A DNA stretch of 52,735 nucleotides, filler included, from Jimgerdemannia flammicorona (GCA_003990765.1; 2 parts of 2 records of this genome joined end to end with filler, not necessarily neighbours in it); one strand, 5' to 3'. Shown: positions 1 through 11,640, numbered from the whole stretch's first letter. Notes: generated from the letters alone by a model not told the origin. Program-made: numbers and translations.

Positions 1-843
1 GCTGAACAGAATTGCCGGTAGATAGATATCCCAGTTTAGTTGATCTCTGGTTCTACTGAGACCTCGCTTGATGGTCTGGTTCATTCGTTCAGTGAGTCCA
101 TTTGCCTGTGGGTGATAGGCTGTTGTTGGTCGTAGCTTGATCTTGAAGTTGCTTGCAAAGGTCTTCATGGCTTGGTTGACAAATTCTCGGCCTTGGTCGG
201 TAATGATTTCCTTGGGCACACCATGGCGGCTGAAGATTTCATCATACAGGATACCAATAATTGTCTGGGCATCAGCAGTCTTGATGGCAAAGGCTTTGGG
301 CCATTTTGTCAGGTGGTCTTCGATGGTGAGGATGTAGCGTCTTCCTTGGCTGGTTACTGGTAGGGGTCCAATAATGTCTATTCCCAGTCTTTGAAAGGCT
401 CCAGCTAGTGCTACGATTGGTATTAATGGTGCTCTGTCAGTAGGCTTTTGTCAGTATCTTTGGCAGGTATCACATTGTTGAATGTGCATTGAAATTTGTT
501 TGCTCATCTTGGGCCACCAGTATCGCTTCTTGATTCTTGCAATTGTGGCACCAATTCCTCGGTGTGCATTTTGGTTATGATTTGTTGTCAGGATCTTCAA
601 TATTTCTTCTTCTCTTGGAACTCGGGTGTACTGCTCTCCCTCTACTCTCCAAAGTTCGCCATCACCTTCTTGGAATTTCTTGAAATTCCTTTGGATAAAC
701 AACTTGTGGGCAGGTTGAATTCCTTTCTTGAAGCTTCTATGGTGCAGGCTCCAGATGAGGGCGAGGTGCAATTCTTGGTTCATTTGGGCGAGCGGGAAGT
801 AGCCTTCTCTTGTGGGGGCTCCTTCCCTTCTTGTTGGTTTCAC
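1..843 (-). pseudogene. E1 integrase (HHCC zinc finger and DDE core, runs off window)
   Basis: HNQNAHRG...YWWPKM...CDTCQ, followed by GIDIIGPLP, ITDQGREF and AYHPQANGLTERMN. Confidence 0.93.
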
Positions 844-2030
844 GGGATTCTTGACAGGGTATCAACATTGGAATTCTTAGCATCTTTCTTGTAGACAATA
901 GTGAACTGATATTCTTGCAGAGACATGATCCATCTAGCAAAGATTCCTGAGGGCTCCGGCTTGTTGAACAACCATTGTAGAGCTTGATGGTCAGTGATGA
1001 GGGTGAATCTCTTTCCCAAGAGATAGTGTCGAAAGTGGTCTACAGCCCAAACTACTGCTAGACATTCCAACTTAGTGGCTCCGTAGTTCACTTGTGTTTC
1101 ATTCGTGGCCTTGCTAGCATATTCGATAACATGCTCCCTCTTCTGGTCATCTTGCTGAGACAGAATTGATCCAAGTCCTAAGACTGAGGCATCAGTTGCC
1201 AGGATGAATGGTTTGCCAAAGTCTGGTCGCACCAGGACAGAGGCTTCAGTAAGGGCCTTCTTGAGTAGGTTGAATGACTTTTGTTGTTCTTCTTTCCAGT
1301 AGAATGGTTGGTCCTTCTTGGAGATATCTCAGAGAGGTGCTGCCTTATCTGAAAACCTTGGGATGAATTGTCGATAGTAGGATACCAGCATAAGAAAGGA
1401 TAGGGTCTCCTTTGTTGAGGTTGGAGTTGGGTAGTTCTTGACTTTCTCCACCTTGCGGGGGTCAGCATATGTTCCTTGAGCTGAGACAACATATTTCAGA
1501 TATTTGACTTGATGTTTTCCAAAGAAGCACTTCTTGGCATTGAGTCTGAGTCCTGAATTTCGAATAGTATTGAATACTTCACAGAGGTCTTGCAAATGCT
1601 GCTTGAATGTCTCAGAGTAGATGATTACATCATCTATGTACACCAGTACATTTCTTCCAATGAGGTCCCGGTAGACATAGTTCATCATTCATTAGAATGA
1701 GGTGGATGCATTGCAGAGTCCAAAGGTCATTTGTAGGTATTCATACTGTCCTCGTCTGGTGATGAAGGTCGTCTTACAGATATCTTCTTTGGCAATGGGT
1801 ATTACTTGGAATCCTTGGAACTGGTCAGTAGTGGTCATATACTTGGCTTTTCCAAGGGCATTGATGAGGTCGTCAATTCTTGGCAGTAGGTAGGTGTCTT
1901 CTGTGGTGACTTTGTTGAGTTTTCTGAAATCCATGACTAATCTCCATCCTCCTTTCTTTGGTACTATGATTGCTGGTAAAGCCCAGGGGCTTGATGATGG
2001 TCTGATGACTCCATTTTGTAGCATTTCATC
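840..2030 (-). pseudogene. E1 reverse transcriptase and RNase H
   Basis: SSSPWALPAIIVPKKGGWRLVMDFRKLN, MTFGLCNA, LVYIDDVII; FILATDASVLGLGSILSQ, ECLAVVWA, ITDHQAL; in-frame stops. Confidence 0.95.
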
Positions 2031-2679
2031 TATGTGTTGTTGTTCAAATTCAATCAGATGATGTGGTGTTTGGTAGGGTCATTGTCGGATTGGTCTTACA
2101 TCTCTAGTATGTATAGGGTGTTCTCCGTATTGATATGGTGGGAAGTTATCATATGTAGTAGTAAATATATCTTTGTACTCCTCTATCAACTCCTGTATCT
2201 GTTGTTGCTGGTCCTTGGTCAGAGTTGTCTCGATGTCGATGGCTTTGATTGCTGAATTTGCTGAGTCTTCCTCCCTGGTACCATCAGTCTCACTGGAGAG
2301 GGCTTGCCGTTTCCTAAGAATTCGAAGACTTCTTCCTCATAGGTGTCTATCAGTGGTTCGAAATATCCCAGTGTTGTTCCCTTGGGGATAGTTATCACTT
2401 CGAAACCCAAGTTTCTGATAGGGATGTGGATCAGTGACATCTGGTCATGAATTCGTTCTTCAGCCAGGAGGATGTGGTGTTCCTTTTGAAGCTCCAGTGA
2501 TGGTACAAATATCAAGTTGTTTGTTTCTACTGGTAGGTGCACATCTAGGCCTTTTTGCTGGTAGGGCTATAGGAGGATGTCTTCTCTTGCTTGGATTGGG
2601 CAGCAGATATGGGGTCTCATTTGTCGGAATTGAGCAACTATTGCTAAATGAACCTCGATAGGTGGTGTCTGTAGATTTC

Positions 2680-3090
2680 TATTGGTGCTTCCAAAGCCTT
2701 CTTGTCCTCTGTTGGTATCTTCTAGTTGGTCTACCTCTTGGATGGTCAGCTGTGATGTCTTGATAAATAGGATTTGGCAGATGGCTTCCATAGGACTGAA
2801 GAATTGGCTGGTTTTACTAGAATTATGGATAATGGCCTTTAAGGGACCTCGGTAGTCCTGATCGATAACTCCTCCTTCTACTGTGACTCCTTTGGTTGCC
2901 CATGAGGATCTTGAGGCCAATTGTCTATAATACCCAGGTGGTATAGTGAGTGCAATCTGTAGGTCAAAAGTCCTGGTACTTCTGGGTCGGATTCTTGCTT
3001 GGTAGGGGAGGCAGAGGTCATAACCAACTGATCCTTCTGTTTGTGCAAGAGGTGGCCCTGCCCAGGGGGAAAGCAGCTTGACCTGGATAA
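2680..3090 (-). CDS. dut: dUTPase domain within E1 pol (between PR and RT)
   Basis: All five dUTPase motifs: GYDL, RSS, GVIDQDYRG, ICQ, RGQEGFGST. Confidence 0.93.
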
Positions 3091-4189
3091 TTGATTGAGC
3101 TTTGAGAAATGGTGCTTCAGCTGTTGCCATTGTAGGTGAGAAGTCTATGCACTCTAGTTTGAAGAAAGACCAGTGAGCTCCTGTCTTTGAGTTTCTTGTG
3201 TAATTGAATTCAGTCTTTCCTAGAGGGTCCAGAGCTTCCATAAGGATGAAGGCAAGGTTGACACCTTCTTTTCCTTGATGAGGGTGGCAGTACCAGCGAA
3301 TGATGGCAAGAACTTCCAATGGTAGGCCCCAGATAGAGGTCTTGCTCTTGAACTTGCAATCTCCTTCATAGTTGATTTCTTTGCACTTCTGACAGATCCA
3401 GTGAATTCGAGGTTCTTAAAGGGTGGGATCCTTTCTCTTGACTCGACTCTTGTAGACATCTTCGCTGAGGTGAACATCTCGATGTTCACACTAGTAGCAG
3501 GTAAAGGTTTTTCCGCAATCACAATGTCCCTTCTTGACAAAGTCTTCATTTCGCTGTTTGACCTCCCTACTGGTAGGAAATCTCTTCCGATACTTGTCAT
3601 AGGTGGGCTGTGTGATCTGGAAGGCCCGGGTGATAGTGTAAGAGCTGTTGCTTTCTCCTTCGATAGTAAGGGACTCGAATGTTTGGCAGGTGAGGATCTT
3701 CTGTCCTTCCTTATAGGTCTTCTTGAAGGTCTTCGGGATTGGAGGTTGTATTCGGCTGTGGGATGGTGCTTGCTTCAATTCGTCCTTGTCAACAATTTCT
3801 GGCATTGGAACCTTCTTGAGATCCAGAATTCGGCAATTGCTGCAATCATCTCTTTGTGAGTGGAAGCTGATGAAATGTTCACATATGCCTCGACGAAAGG
3901 CTCGCATGATCTGATTTTCTACCAGTGGTGGTGGTGGTTGAGCAGAAGGTCCTGCAAACTCAAGTGCTGTCCTTGCATTAATGGCTCTATCAATGCTTTC
4001 TTCCAGACCTTCAACACTAATAACTCCAATGAAAGAGTCTTCTTGTTCACTTTCTTGGTTCCTTGGGGCATCGAAATCACTTCCTAGTTCTTGTAGAAAA
4101 TTGGCCTCGCTTCCATCCTCAGTAGTGGTGGGGGTGTCACCATGTTCTTGCAATTCTGTTTCTGAGGCTTGATTTGTCCTTTTAGATGA

Positions 4190-4540
4190 TCCTTTTGAGT
4201 CAATGGGCATCTTATGCTTCTGTCCATGAATGGAGAAGACCAGGAGTTGTTTCTTGATATCTACATTGGCTCCAACTCGGCTTAACCAGTCAGTTCCCAG
4301 GATCAGGTTATAGGAGGTTGCGGGAGTCATGACGGCTTTGGGTACATTGAGGCAGGCCTTTCCGACTTGAATGGGGATGTCTCTGACAAGTCCAAGGGGT
4401 GTGGAAGCTGATCCGTCAGCCATGATAACTCTTGCTTTGGTTCCTTCATCTATTCTCCATCCAATTGCTCCAACATCCTTTAGGTGATGATGCATACTGC
4501 TGCTCCAGTATCGACAAGAATTCTGGCATTTTCACCATGC
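4190..4540 (-). pseudogene. E1 aspartic protease (frameshifted)
   Basis: ARILVDTGAAVCII at ~4495-4530, then MADGS...YNLILGTDWL in another frame. Confidence 0.88.
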
Positions 4541-5091
4541 ACTTTTCCATTGGTGAGTCTTGTATATTGATGTTCATGTCACTGGCTCTCATGGACTGTG
4601 TGGATAGTGCTAGGTTCTTGAGTGTGTGGTCCTTGGACTGGAAGTCTCTTGGTATCTTCCTTGGCTTCTTTCAGGAATTTTTGCCTGACCTCTAGTGCAT
4701 TTTTGAGGACTTGCTCAACTGTGAGACCAGCATTCTGTAGGCGGATATGTTCCCAAAGTGAGGCTGCTGCATGGGGCTTGCTGCTTCTTCAGTTTCTTGG
4801 TCCCTTGGGGTGTAGTCTCTCATTCCTGATGGGCATTTTGTCAGCTGAAGATTCTATGCTCATACGCTCATCTTCTTCAAGGTCTGGCAGAGTAGAGCTG
4901 GGGGTTGTCCTAGATGGTCTGGCTTCTGGTTCAGGAGTATCTCTTCTAACTCGCTTCTCCTGTTCTTGTGGAGTGTCTGAAGAAGAATGGCCATGTCGCG
5001 GATGCTTGCCGGTGGATACCATTACTGGCAGTTGAGGTGGGGGGTTCCTTCGTGGTCTTCCTCATCCTTGGGTCTCTGCAGGGGCAGCTTC

Positions 5092-6400
5092 CTATGTCAC
5101 CTTGGATGGAAAAGCCTCGAAGTATAGGTAGATGTCATCTTCTTGACCATGGAGCCAGGCTGCTTCTTCTTCCATTTCCTGAGTCTCCTCATCTACCTGA
5201 AAGAGGTTGACATTTCTGTCATTGGACTGGGTAGATTGGTTCCTTGGACAATTCCTCTGGATGTGGCCTTGATTTCCGCAGTTGAAGCAGGTGGGACCAT
5301 AGGAACCAGTCGCTGATGAGGCTGTAGTTGCAGCTGGTAGTGTGGGGGCAGGACCTCTGTTGTCTTGTTGCTGGTAGTCTGGTCTGTTATCATGATGGTA
5401 GTCTTGTTGTCTTCTACCTTGGTTGTTCAGCTGGGCAACTGTAATGGCCAGGTCCTTCATTTGCTTGGTGAGCATTGTCATGGGGTCTTCTTGAACTCTT
5501 GATGGTTGCTGCTGCTGTGGTTGCCTGAATGGAGTCAGATTTGTGGGTGCTGGTCTGTTCTCATAGTTGGCTATCTGGGCTCTGAGGAAGGCATTCTCTT
5601 GCTCCATGGTTGTTCCTTGGGTCCTTGGGGTTTCAGCTTGGATTGGCTTGGGATAGCCTTGTACTTGTTGTGCTGGTCTATAATCTGCTTCCCAACATCC
5701 TTGTGCTCCAGCAACTTGCTGTTCAATGTTTCGATATCCCATCCTGATAACTTGCCTTTGGAGTTCTGGGTATAAGCCATTGAGGAAGGTTGAAGCTAGA
5801 GCCAGTTGGACTACTGGTTGAAGGTTCGCCTTGATCATTTGAGCTTGAATCCGATGGTAGAAACTCTTGGGAGTTTCATTGGCAGTTTGGCTCATGTAGG
5901 TCAAAGCCTCCTGTGCTTCTTGTTGGTGCTCGAATCCATTGAACTGGGCACAGAGCCAGGCTTTGTGAATCATGTATCTTGCTACATGGTTTCTATCAGG
6001 TTGAAGGCTGTCATTTAGTTCCTCTGCATGGATTTCTCCTCTGGCTTGCTTGGCTTGATTATACCTCTGTAGGGCTGGTCCTCTCAAGAGTGACTCCACG
6101 ATTCTGAGTTTTCTTGCAGCATCCCATTGTTTGGCGGCTGCTTGAACTTCAATTTCTCCAAAGAATTCCTTGATATCTTCATTGTCTGCACCATGGAACT
6201 TCTGAAGGTAGCTTATGTCTGGCTTGTCTTTACTATCTGAGTATTGTTCAGGGGTGGGGGATCTGGCGGATCCTCGGGGTGGTGGGGAAGGTGGTGGTGC
6301 TAGTACTTGATGATCTAGTGGTGCTGGCAGAGGGTGGTGTCTTGGTGAGGGTGAGAGTAATCTGGCTCTTCTAATTAATGCTGGGGTTGAAGTCCTGGGT
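5092..6400 (-). CDS. gag: E1 gag (capsid plus CCHC knuckle); Pro/Ser-rich N-terminal extension may reach ~7050
   Basis: KFHGADNEDIKEFF...LRGPA; SQTANETPKSFYHRI; FLNGL; CFNCGNQGHIQRNC. Confidence 0.88.
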
Positions 6401-7095
6401 AGTGGTAGAGATCTTCTGATTGACTGGTGATAGTGGCGAGGTGTGAGTGACCAGGGTACTGAAGTTCGAGCAACTGATGGTGGGAGTGGACTGATATAAC
6501 TGATAGTGAGATCATCTGCCCCTTGCTGTTGTGAAGTAGTGAGGTCTTATTCATCTGGTTGCTGCTGTGGGTCAGTGTCACTGTCTGGATAATAGTATAG
6601 GTTGAATTCGTCCCTTTGATGGTCTGATCCCCAATCGTCGTCTTGCTCTGGTTGATATGGATGGTAGTCCTCTTCTCCCTCTGATGTTTCAAAGTATATC
6701 CAGTCTAGTGGAGTTACTCGAGTAACAACAGTAGTTATGTAGTCGCTTCTGTCTGAGTTCTTCCTATGGATAAGGGTCTGATACTCCTCAGGAATATCCT
6801 CTTCTTCTTCTTGGCCTAAGTTTTGGATCTGAAGGGGCGGTTCTGGTTGTCCTCTGAGTCATCTCCTTTCTCTTGAAGTCAAACCGTAATCTGGGTCACT
6901 TCTTTCTTCAGATTCGGTTTCCTGGCTACTGATGTTGAATAGGGTCCTGACAGCTGTTCTGACAAGGGTGTGGGCTTTCTTTTCTGCTGAAGAGGGCTGT
7001 TGCTGCCCCTGGTTTGGTTGCTGACTTGGTCCTGCTAAGTTCTCCACTGTAGATAGCTGGGTTCTTGAGCCAAATGGTCAAGTCTTTTGAAAACT

Positions 7096-7113
7096 TTCCC
7101 AGTTAAGCCCCCA
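7096..7113 (-). promoter_or_regulatory. Primer binding site of E1, tRNA-Pro-like
   Basis: Minus strand TGGGGGCTTAACTGGGAA 3 nt after the LTR end; resembles the tRNA-Pro PBS TGGGGGCTC..CCGGGA. Confidence 0.75.
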
Positions 7114-7655
7114 AAATGTGGCATTGGTTATGCATAATGAACTTCGACTGCACAGCTCAATGTGTGCCACTTGGTGAAGCATGCGATGTATAACTGAAGA
7201 CTTTGGTGACGTTCATGGGTCGATGGTCACGTGACAGGTCATTTGATTCATGTGGTAATTGATAACAGTGGGAAAACGGAGGTTGATGGCTCGCTCGTCC
7301 GTCTTGGTTAACTTGAAAGATTTCTGGCGGTCGCTTGGGTCTTTGGCAGTGGCCTTGTATCCTTTGGCTGGGTAACTTGGGTTTCCGGGTCTTGAATCTC
7401 GAATGGCGGTCGAATGCGCAGTCTGAATGCATGGTCTGAATCCTTGGCTGGATCCTTGGGTTTCTTGGTTTTCTGGGTCTTGAATCTCAAATGGCGGTCT
7501 GAATGCACAGTGGTCGGGTAACTTTTTCTTTCTGTGGCAAGAGAAAATTCTTTAACTCAAACTTCTGAGCGATCCATTGCTCTAGGTTGTTATCTTGTTC
7601 TTAGAATTTATCTGGTCTCTTGGAGGTGGTGTGTTTTCTCTGTAAAACTGTCTGA

Positions 7656-7710
7656 CTGAGGTTTATTTACTCTAAGAATATGGGTTATTTATACAAGTTT
7701 GCTAGCTATG
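7656..7710 (-). promoter_or_regulatory. LTR TATA box and adjacent poly(A)-signal block
   Basis: Minus strand CTTGTATAAATAACCC...TAAATAAACCTCAG; near-identical at 11317, 17528 and 25709. Confidence 0.7.
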
Positions 7711-7827
7711 GGGGAGGGGGCACGACTAAGGCTAAGGTATACTATATTGTGGCAAACTTCACTATGCTATTGGCTTGCACAATGCGAGGTGTAGGCTATT
7801 GTTTACTACGGATTGGGTTGTACGGGA

Positions 7828-8290
7828 TAGCAATGCTGGATTCGGACTTGCTGACCAAAACGGTGAAAATGGTGGTACTGGATAGTAATGCTGGAAATGG
7901 TTGTGCTGAGTAGCAATGCTGGATTCGAACTTGCTGACTTACTGACATGGATGGATATGGATACAACGATTGTTGCCAGAAATGGTTGTGGAGGGTAGCA
8001 ACGCTGGATTCGGACTTGCTGACAAAAATGCTGAAAATGGTGGCACTGGGTAGCAATGCTGGATTCGGACTTGCTGACTTGCTGACATGGACGGATACGG
8101 ATATGACGATTGTTGCCAGAAACAGTTGTGGAGGGTAGCAATGCTGGATTCGGACTTGCTGACAAAAACACTGAAAACGGTGGCACTGGGTAGCAATGCT
8201 GGATTCGGATGAGCTGACATGATACAGTGATTGTCGCCAGAAACAGTTGTGGAGGGTGGCAATGCTGAAAATGGACTTGCTGACAAAAGC
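7828..8290. repeat. Higher-order tandem repeat in LTR U3 (core TAGCAATGCTGGATTCGGACTTGCTGAC)
   Basis: About 6 full and 2 partial cores with two alternating, reused spacers (~140 bp higher-order unit). Confidence 0.9.
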
Positions 8291-8318
8291 TTGATTCTCA
8301 CAGCTGATGGGCAGTACT

Positions 8319-9289
8319 CTAGAGGGAATAGTAGTACCCTTCATCCACGGCAGACAAATCTTGCAGGGTTGCAATTTCTTCTTCATCATATCTCTCCTCA
8401 AAGGGGGGGAGTGCCGGCCAAGAGGTGAGGGGGTAGAAAAGTGGCCAGTCATCTTCAACAACATTCTCCAACCCTTGAACAGCTTGAATGCAGACAGAGG
8501 ACTGGTAGACTCTCTGTTGCTCCTCTTCTTCAAGACTCGTCAGTTTCAGTATCAGAGGGGGTTTCTTCAGAGGCAGGGTCTTGGAGTTCTTGGGCTTCTT
8601 CTTCAAAGACAGGGACCTCTTGGGCTTCTTGATTCGGTTCCCAAATGATGAGATCTGACAGGGTGGTGGGTGGTTGGAGTGGCTCCAACGGGTGCTTCTA
8701 TGGTAATGGGTGGTCCTTCAAATATCTCCATAAGACTCATTAGATGACCTTGATGGTTGTCTCAGAGTAGGGTGGTGTGGAAACCTGGCTGAGTAGGTTT
8801 GATTTGTTGGCTTCCTACAGCAACCCGGTTGCTACCAGTAGAGTTGGCTACTTCTGATTCTATCCAGTCTGCATCTTCAGTTGAGAGACGGGCAAGACTG
8901 CCAGCTGTTACTCCTTGCAAGTGTGCTATAGCCCAGGGAATATGGTGGAAGATTTGGTGGACATGGAGGGCTCTCTTGATTAGCCAGCTGGTGGTTAACA
9001 TTTTGGCAATAAGGTCTTCCCGGTCATCTTCTTGAGTCTCATTGCGAAGGCGGTGTCCAATTTCATAGTCATGCCAGAGGGTCATTCATTTGGTAGTATC
9101 TTTGAGCTGTTGGGTCATTATATACCAGTAGTTGATGAAGTGTCCAAGGTCCTCAGTGTAGAATTTCAAGTGTTCGGAAGTATCTGGGCACCAGATGACC
9201 TTCTTGATAGCTTCAAAGATCAGGGTCTTTGGGCCAGGCAAAGGGGTAGAGCAGCAGGAGGTCTGGTTGGATTGGCGAATGGGAGGCAT
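8319..9289 (-). pseudogene. Accessory ORF inside E1 LTR (unknown conserved domain plus acidic tail)
   Basis: MPPIRQ...IFEAIKKVIW...YEIGHRL...RALHVHQIF...AIAHLQGVT...; two TGA stops and probable frameshifts; homologues at 11641, ~18310, 33415 and 41945. Confidence 0.75.
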
Positions 9290-9496
9290 TGTGTGGTGGT
9301 TACTTGGTTCTTTGGTGCCGATCCCTGAGGCAGAGTATGGTTCCTTAAATAATGTGGTCTTCATTTTGGCTCAGATCATCTTGTCTTCTTTTGGGATGAT
9401 CACCTAATGGGTCAGGCTGTCTATTTGATTGTCACACCATTATGTCGTCTGATCTTAGCAGTCATCGGTACTCCATTGTCAATTGTGTACATCACA

Positions 9497-11136
9497 ATAT
9501 ATAATTTATAAGAAAAGTTTTTAGTCATAGTTATAGCTCTCAAAAAATAGTATTATTTCTTATATGATAATTTTTTATAATATCTCTTACTCTATAATAT
9601 AGTCAAATTTATCTGTATCATATTATAGAATAAGAAATATAAATTACTATACCCTTAAATATATTTAGTCAATACTAATCTATAAATAAGTATATTAAAT
9701 AAAGATCATTCTATTTTTAATATAGAGATTAAATATATATCAGATAAGATTAACTAAATAATAAATAAATTTTTAAGATATAGAAAACAAACTTATTTAT
9801 TTTATTAAAGTTATTAGTAATATTATTTAACTCATTAAAGATAATTATCAGATGAATAATCTATTTCCAAATTTTCTTTAGTACTATTAAAATCTAAACT
9901 CTGAAGTATCTAGAGTTATAAAAAGAATAATTAAGAGATTTATATATTGTGATAAACTTATTTATAGAGTTTATAAATAAGTAGTAATATCCAGAAATAA
10001 TAATCTCAGACTTAAGATTATTTATATAATATTTCAGATATAGAAAAATTTTAGTTTAATAAAATCTATAATCTTATCTCTCAAAAATATTATTAATAAA
10101 ATATTTAAAGATATTAAAATCTTTATAGTCTTCTTTAATATATATATTAAAAATTCTAAAGTAGTAATAAGCTATTAGCTAGTTTATATAACTTTTTTCA
10201 ATTTAATCTATAACTAAAAATTATATTATAATAGACTTTATTATATAACTTTTTAAAATTAGAAATAATTAGAATATTATTATTATAGTTATAGACTATC
10301 TTAGTAAATAAATCTACTTTATACTAATAAAAATTACTGCAATAGTCTTTGAAACTACTGAAATATTTTTTAACTTTATATTTAGATTATACAAATAATA
10401 TATTAAGTAGTTTAGTTTTCAATTATATAAAGTTTATAAGTAACTTTTAAAGTTATTTTTTTATTTTTTATATATCAAGTTAAAATTCTTCTATAATTTA
10501 TATATTACTCTAAATATTAATAAAACTCTAAAGCAGATACTTAGTATCTTTAGTAGATCTTAATAAAAAAAAAACTTCCTTCTTTTTAAATTATAAATAA
10601 TACTTAAGAACTTTAAGTACTATTGAAATATTGAGATAATAATTTGATATATTAATATATAATTATACTATTCTATCAGTTTTATATTATTCATTAGTAA
10701 TATATGAAATATGCAATATATAACTTTAATAAAATTAACCTTTCTTTTACAATAAAGATTATGAGCCCCACTAGTACTAAGTGACGATAATAAAAAAAAA
10801 AATACCTTTTTAATATATATTATACTAAAAATATCAAGTAATAATCAGTCTAGCAATATAAGATATACCAATTATAAATGTTCTAGTAATAATAGGAGTA
10901 GTTCTTATTAGTTTTAGTTATTAGTATAAATATGAATCCTAATATTGAGAAATATTTTATATGTATATCATTTGAGTATTCTATATATCAAATCTTATAA
11001 AAGAATATAGCTTAGCAAAGTATATAAAGCTATAAGTACAAATTCAAGATTATGATACTGTAAATAATCACTAAGTATTATATAAGATTATATTTATATA
11101 GTCAAATTTATAAAAAAAAGCTCATAATATATACAA
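9497..11136. other. Extremely AT-rich, probably heavily C->T-decayed repeat relic
   Basis: Sharp compositional boundaries, TA-rich, almost no CpG, no ORF in the track. Confidence 0.45.
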
Positions 11137-11603
11137 TATAACATAGTGGACGCTTACTCTTGAAAGTACATCAGATTTCTGTATCTTGAAAACTTGACTG
11201 TTCTGACTCTTGCAGAGTCTCTTGGGTTGCAGGAGAGGGTGGGTAAGTTCGAAGTGTATCTGCCTGCTGGCTTACTAGTTCCTTTGCTATCTCTTTGCTT
11301 TTGAACTATTTCGATCTGAGGTTTATTCACTCGAAGATACTAGGTTATTTATACAAGTTTGCTAGCTATGAGATGGTTACTGGGTTATGTGGCTAAGTTA
11401 TGAGTCATTTAACACTTTGCGAAATATTTCACCAATTGCAAAATACTATACTATATCAAGAAGCTCGATCTCGCACTTTGTGAAATATTTTGCAAGTAGT
11501 GAAATTGAGGACTGCAAACTATGTGGCTATACTACTTTGGGACTAGGTACAATCAAGTATTTGTTCCTTATTTCCTTCTTTCGAATCTGGTTATACCATC
11601 ACA
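11137..11603 (-). repeat. 3' LTR of E2
   Basis: Direct repeat of 17349-17815; preceded on the minus strand by the purine tract AAGAGGAAG (~11605-11613). Confidence 0.93.
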
Positions 11604-11640
11604 ACTTCCTCTTGAATAGATGATCTCATCCTTGAAGCAT

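Larger units (their letters stand above)
1..9496 (-). mobile_element. Ty3/Gypsy LTR retrotransposon E1 (3' part outside window): 5'LTR-PBS-gag-PR-insert-dUTPase-RT-RNaseH-IN
   Basis: Minus-strand domain order PR-RT-RH-IN; CCHC knuckle CFNCGNQGHIQRNC; protease ILVDTGA; RT YIDD; RNase H ATDAS; PBS next to a TG..CA LTR. Confidence 0.95.
7117..9496 (-). repeat. 5' LTR of E1, ~2.38 kb
   Basis: Begins tgtgg and ends atcaca; homologous to 24898-26320 and (inverted) to 18060-~20116; abrupt change to AT-rich DNA at 9497. Confidence 0.85.

Noticed and set aside
137..6018. Plus-strand ORFs opposite E1 gag-pol (likewise opposite E2 and E7)
   Set aside because: Antisense shadows of the retroelement coding sequence
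7828..8290. CRISPR-like array of 28-nt repeats
   Set aside because: The spacers are themselves repeated, the array is inside a eukaryotic LTR, and there are no cas genes
7796..8533. Several long overlapping ORFs (120-245 aa) across the repeat array
   Set aside because: They are repetitive translations of the tandem repeat and are not conserved in the 18060 LTR copy
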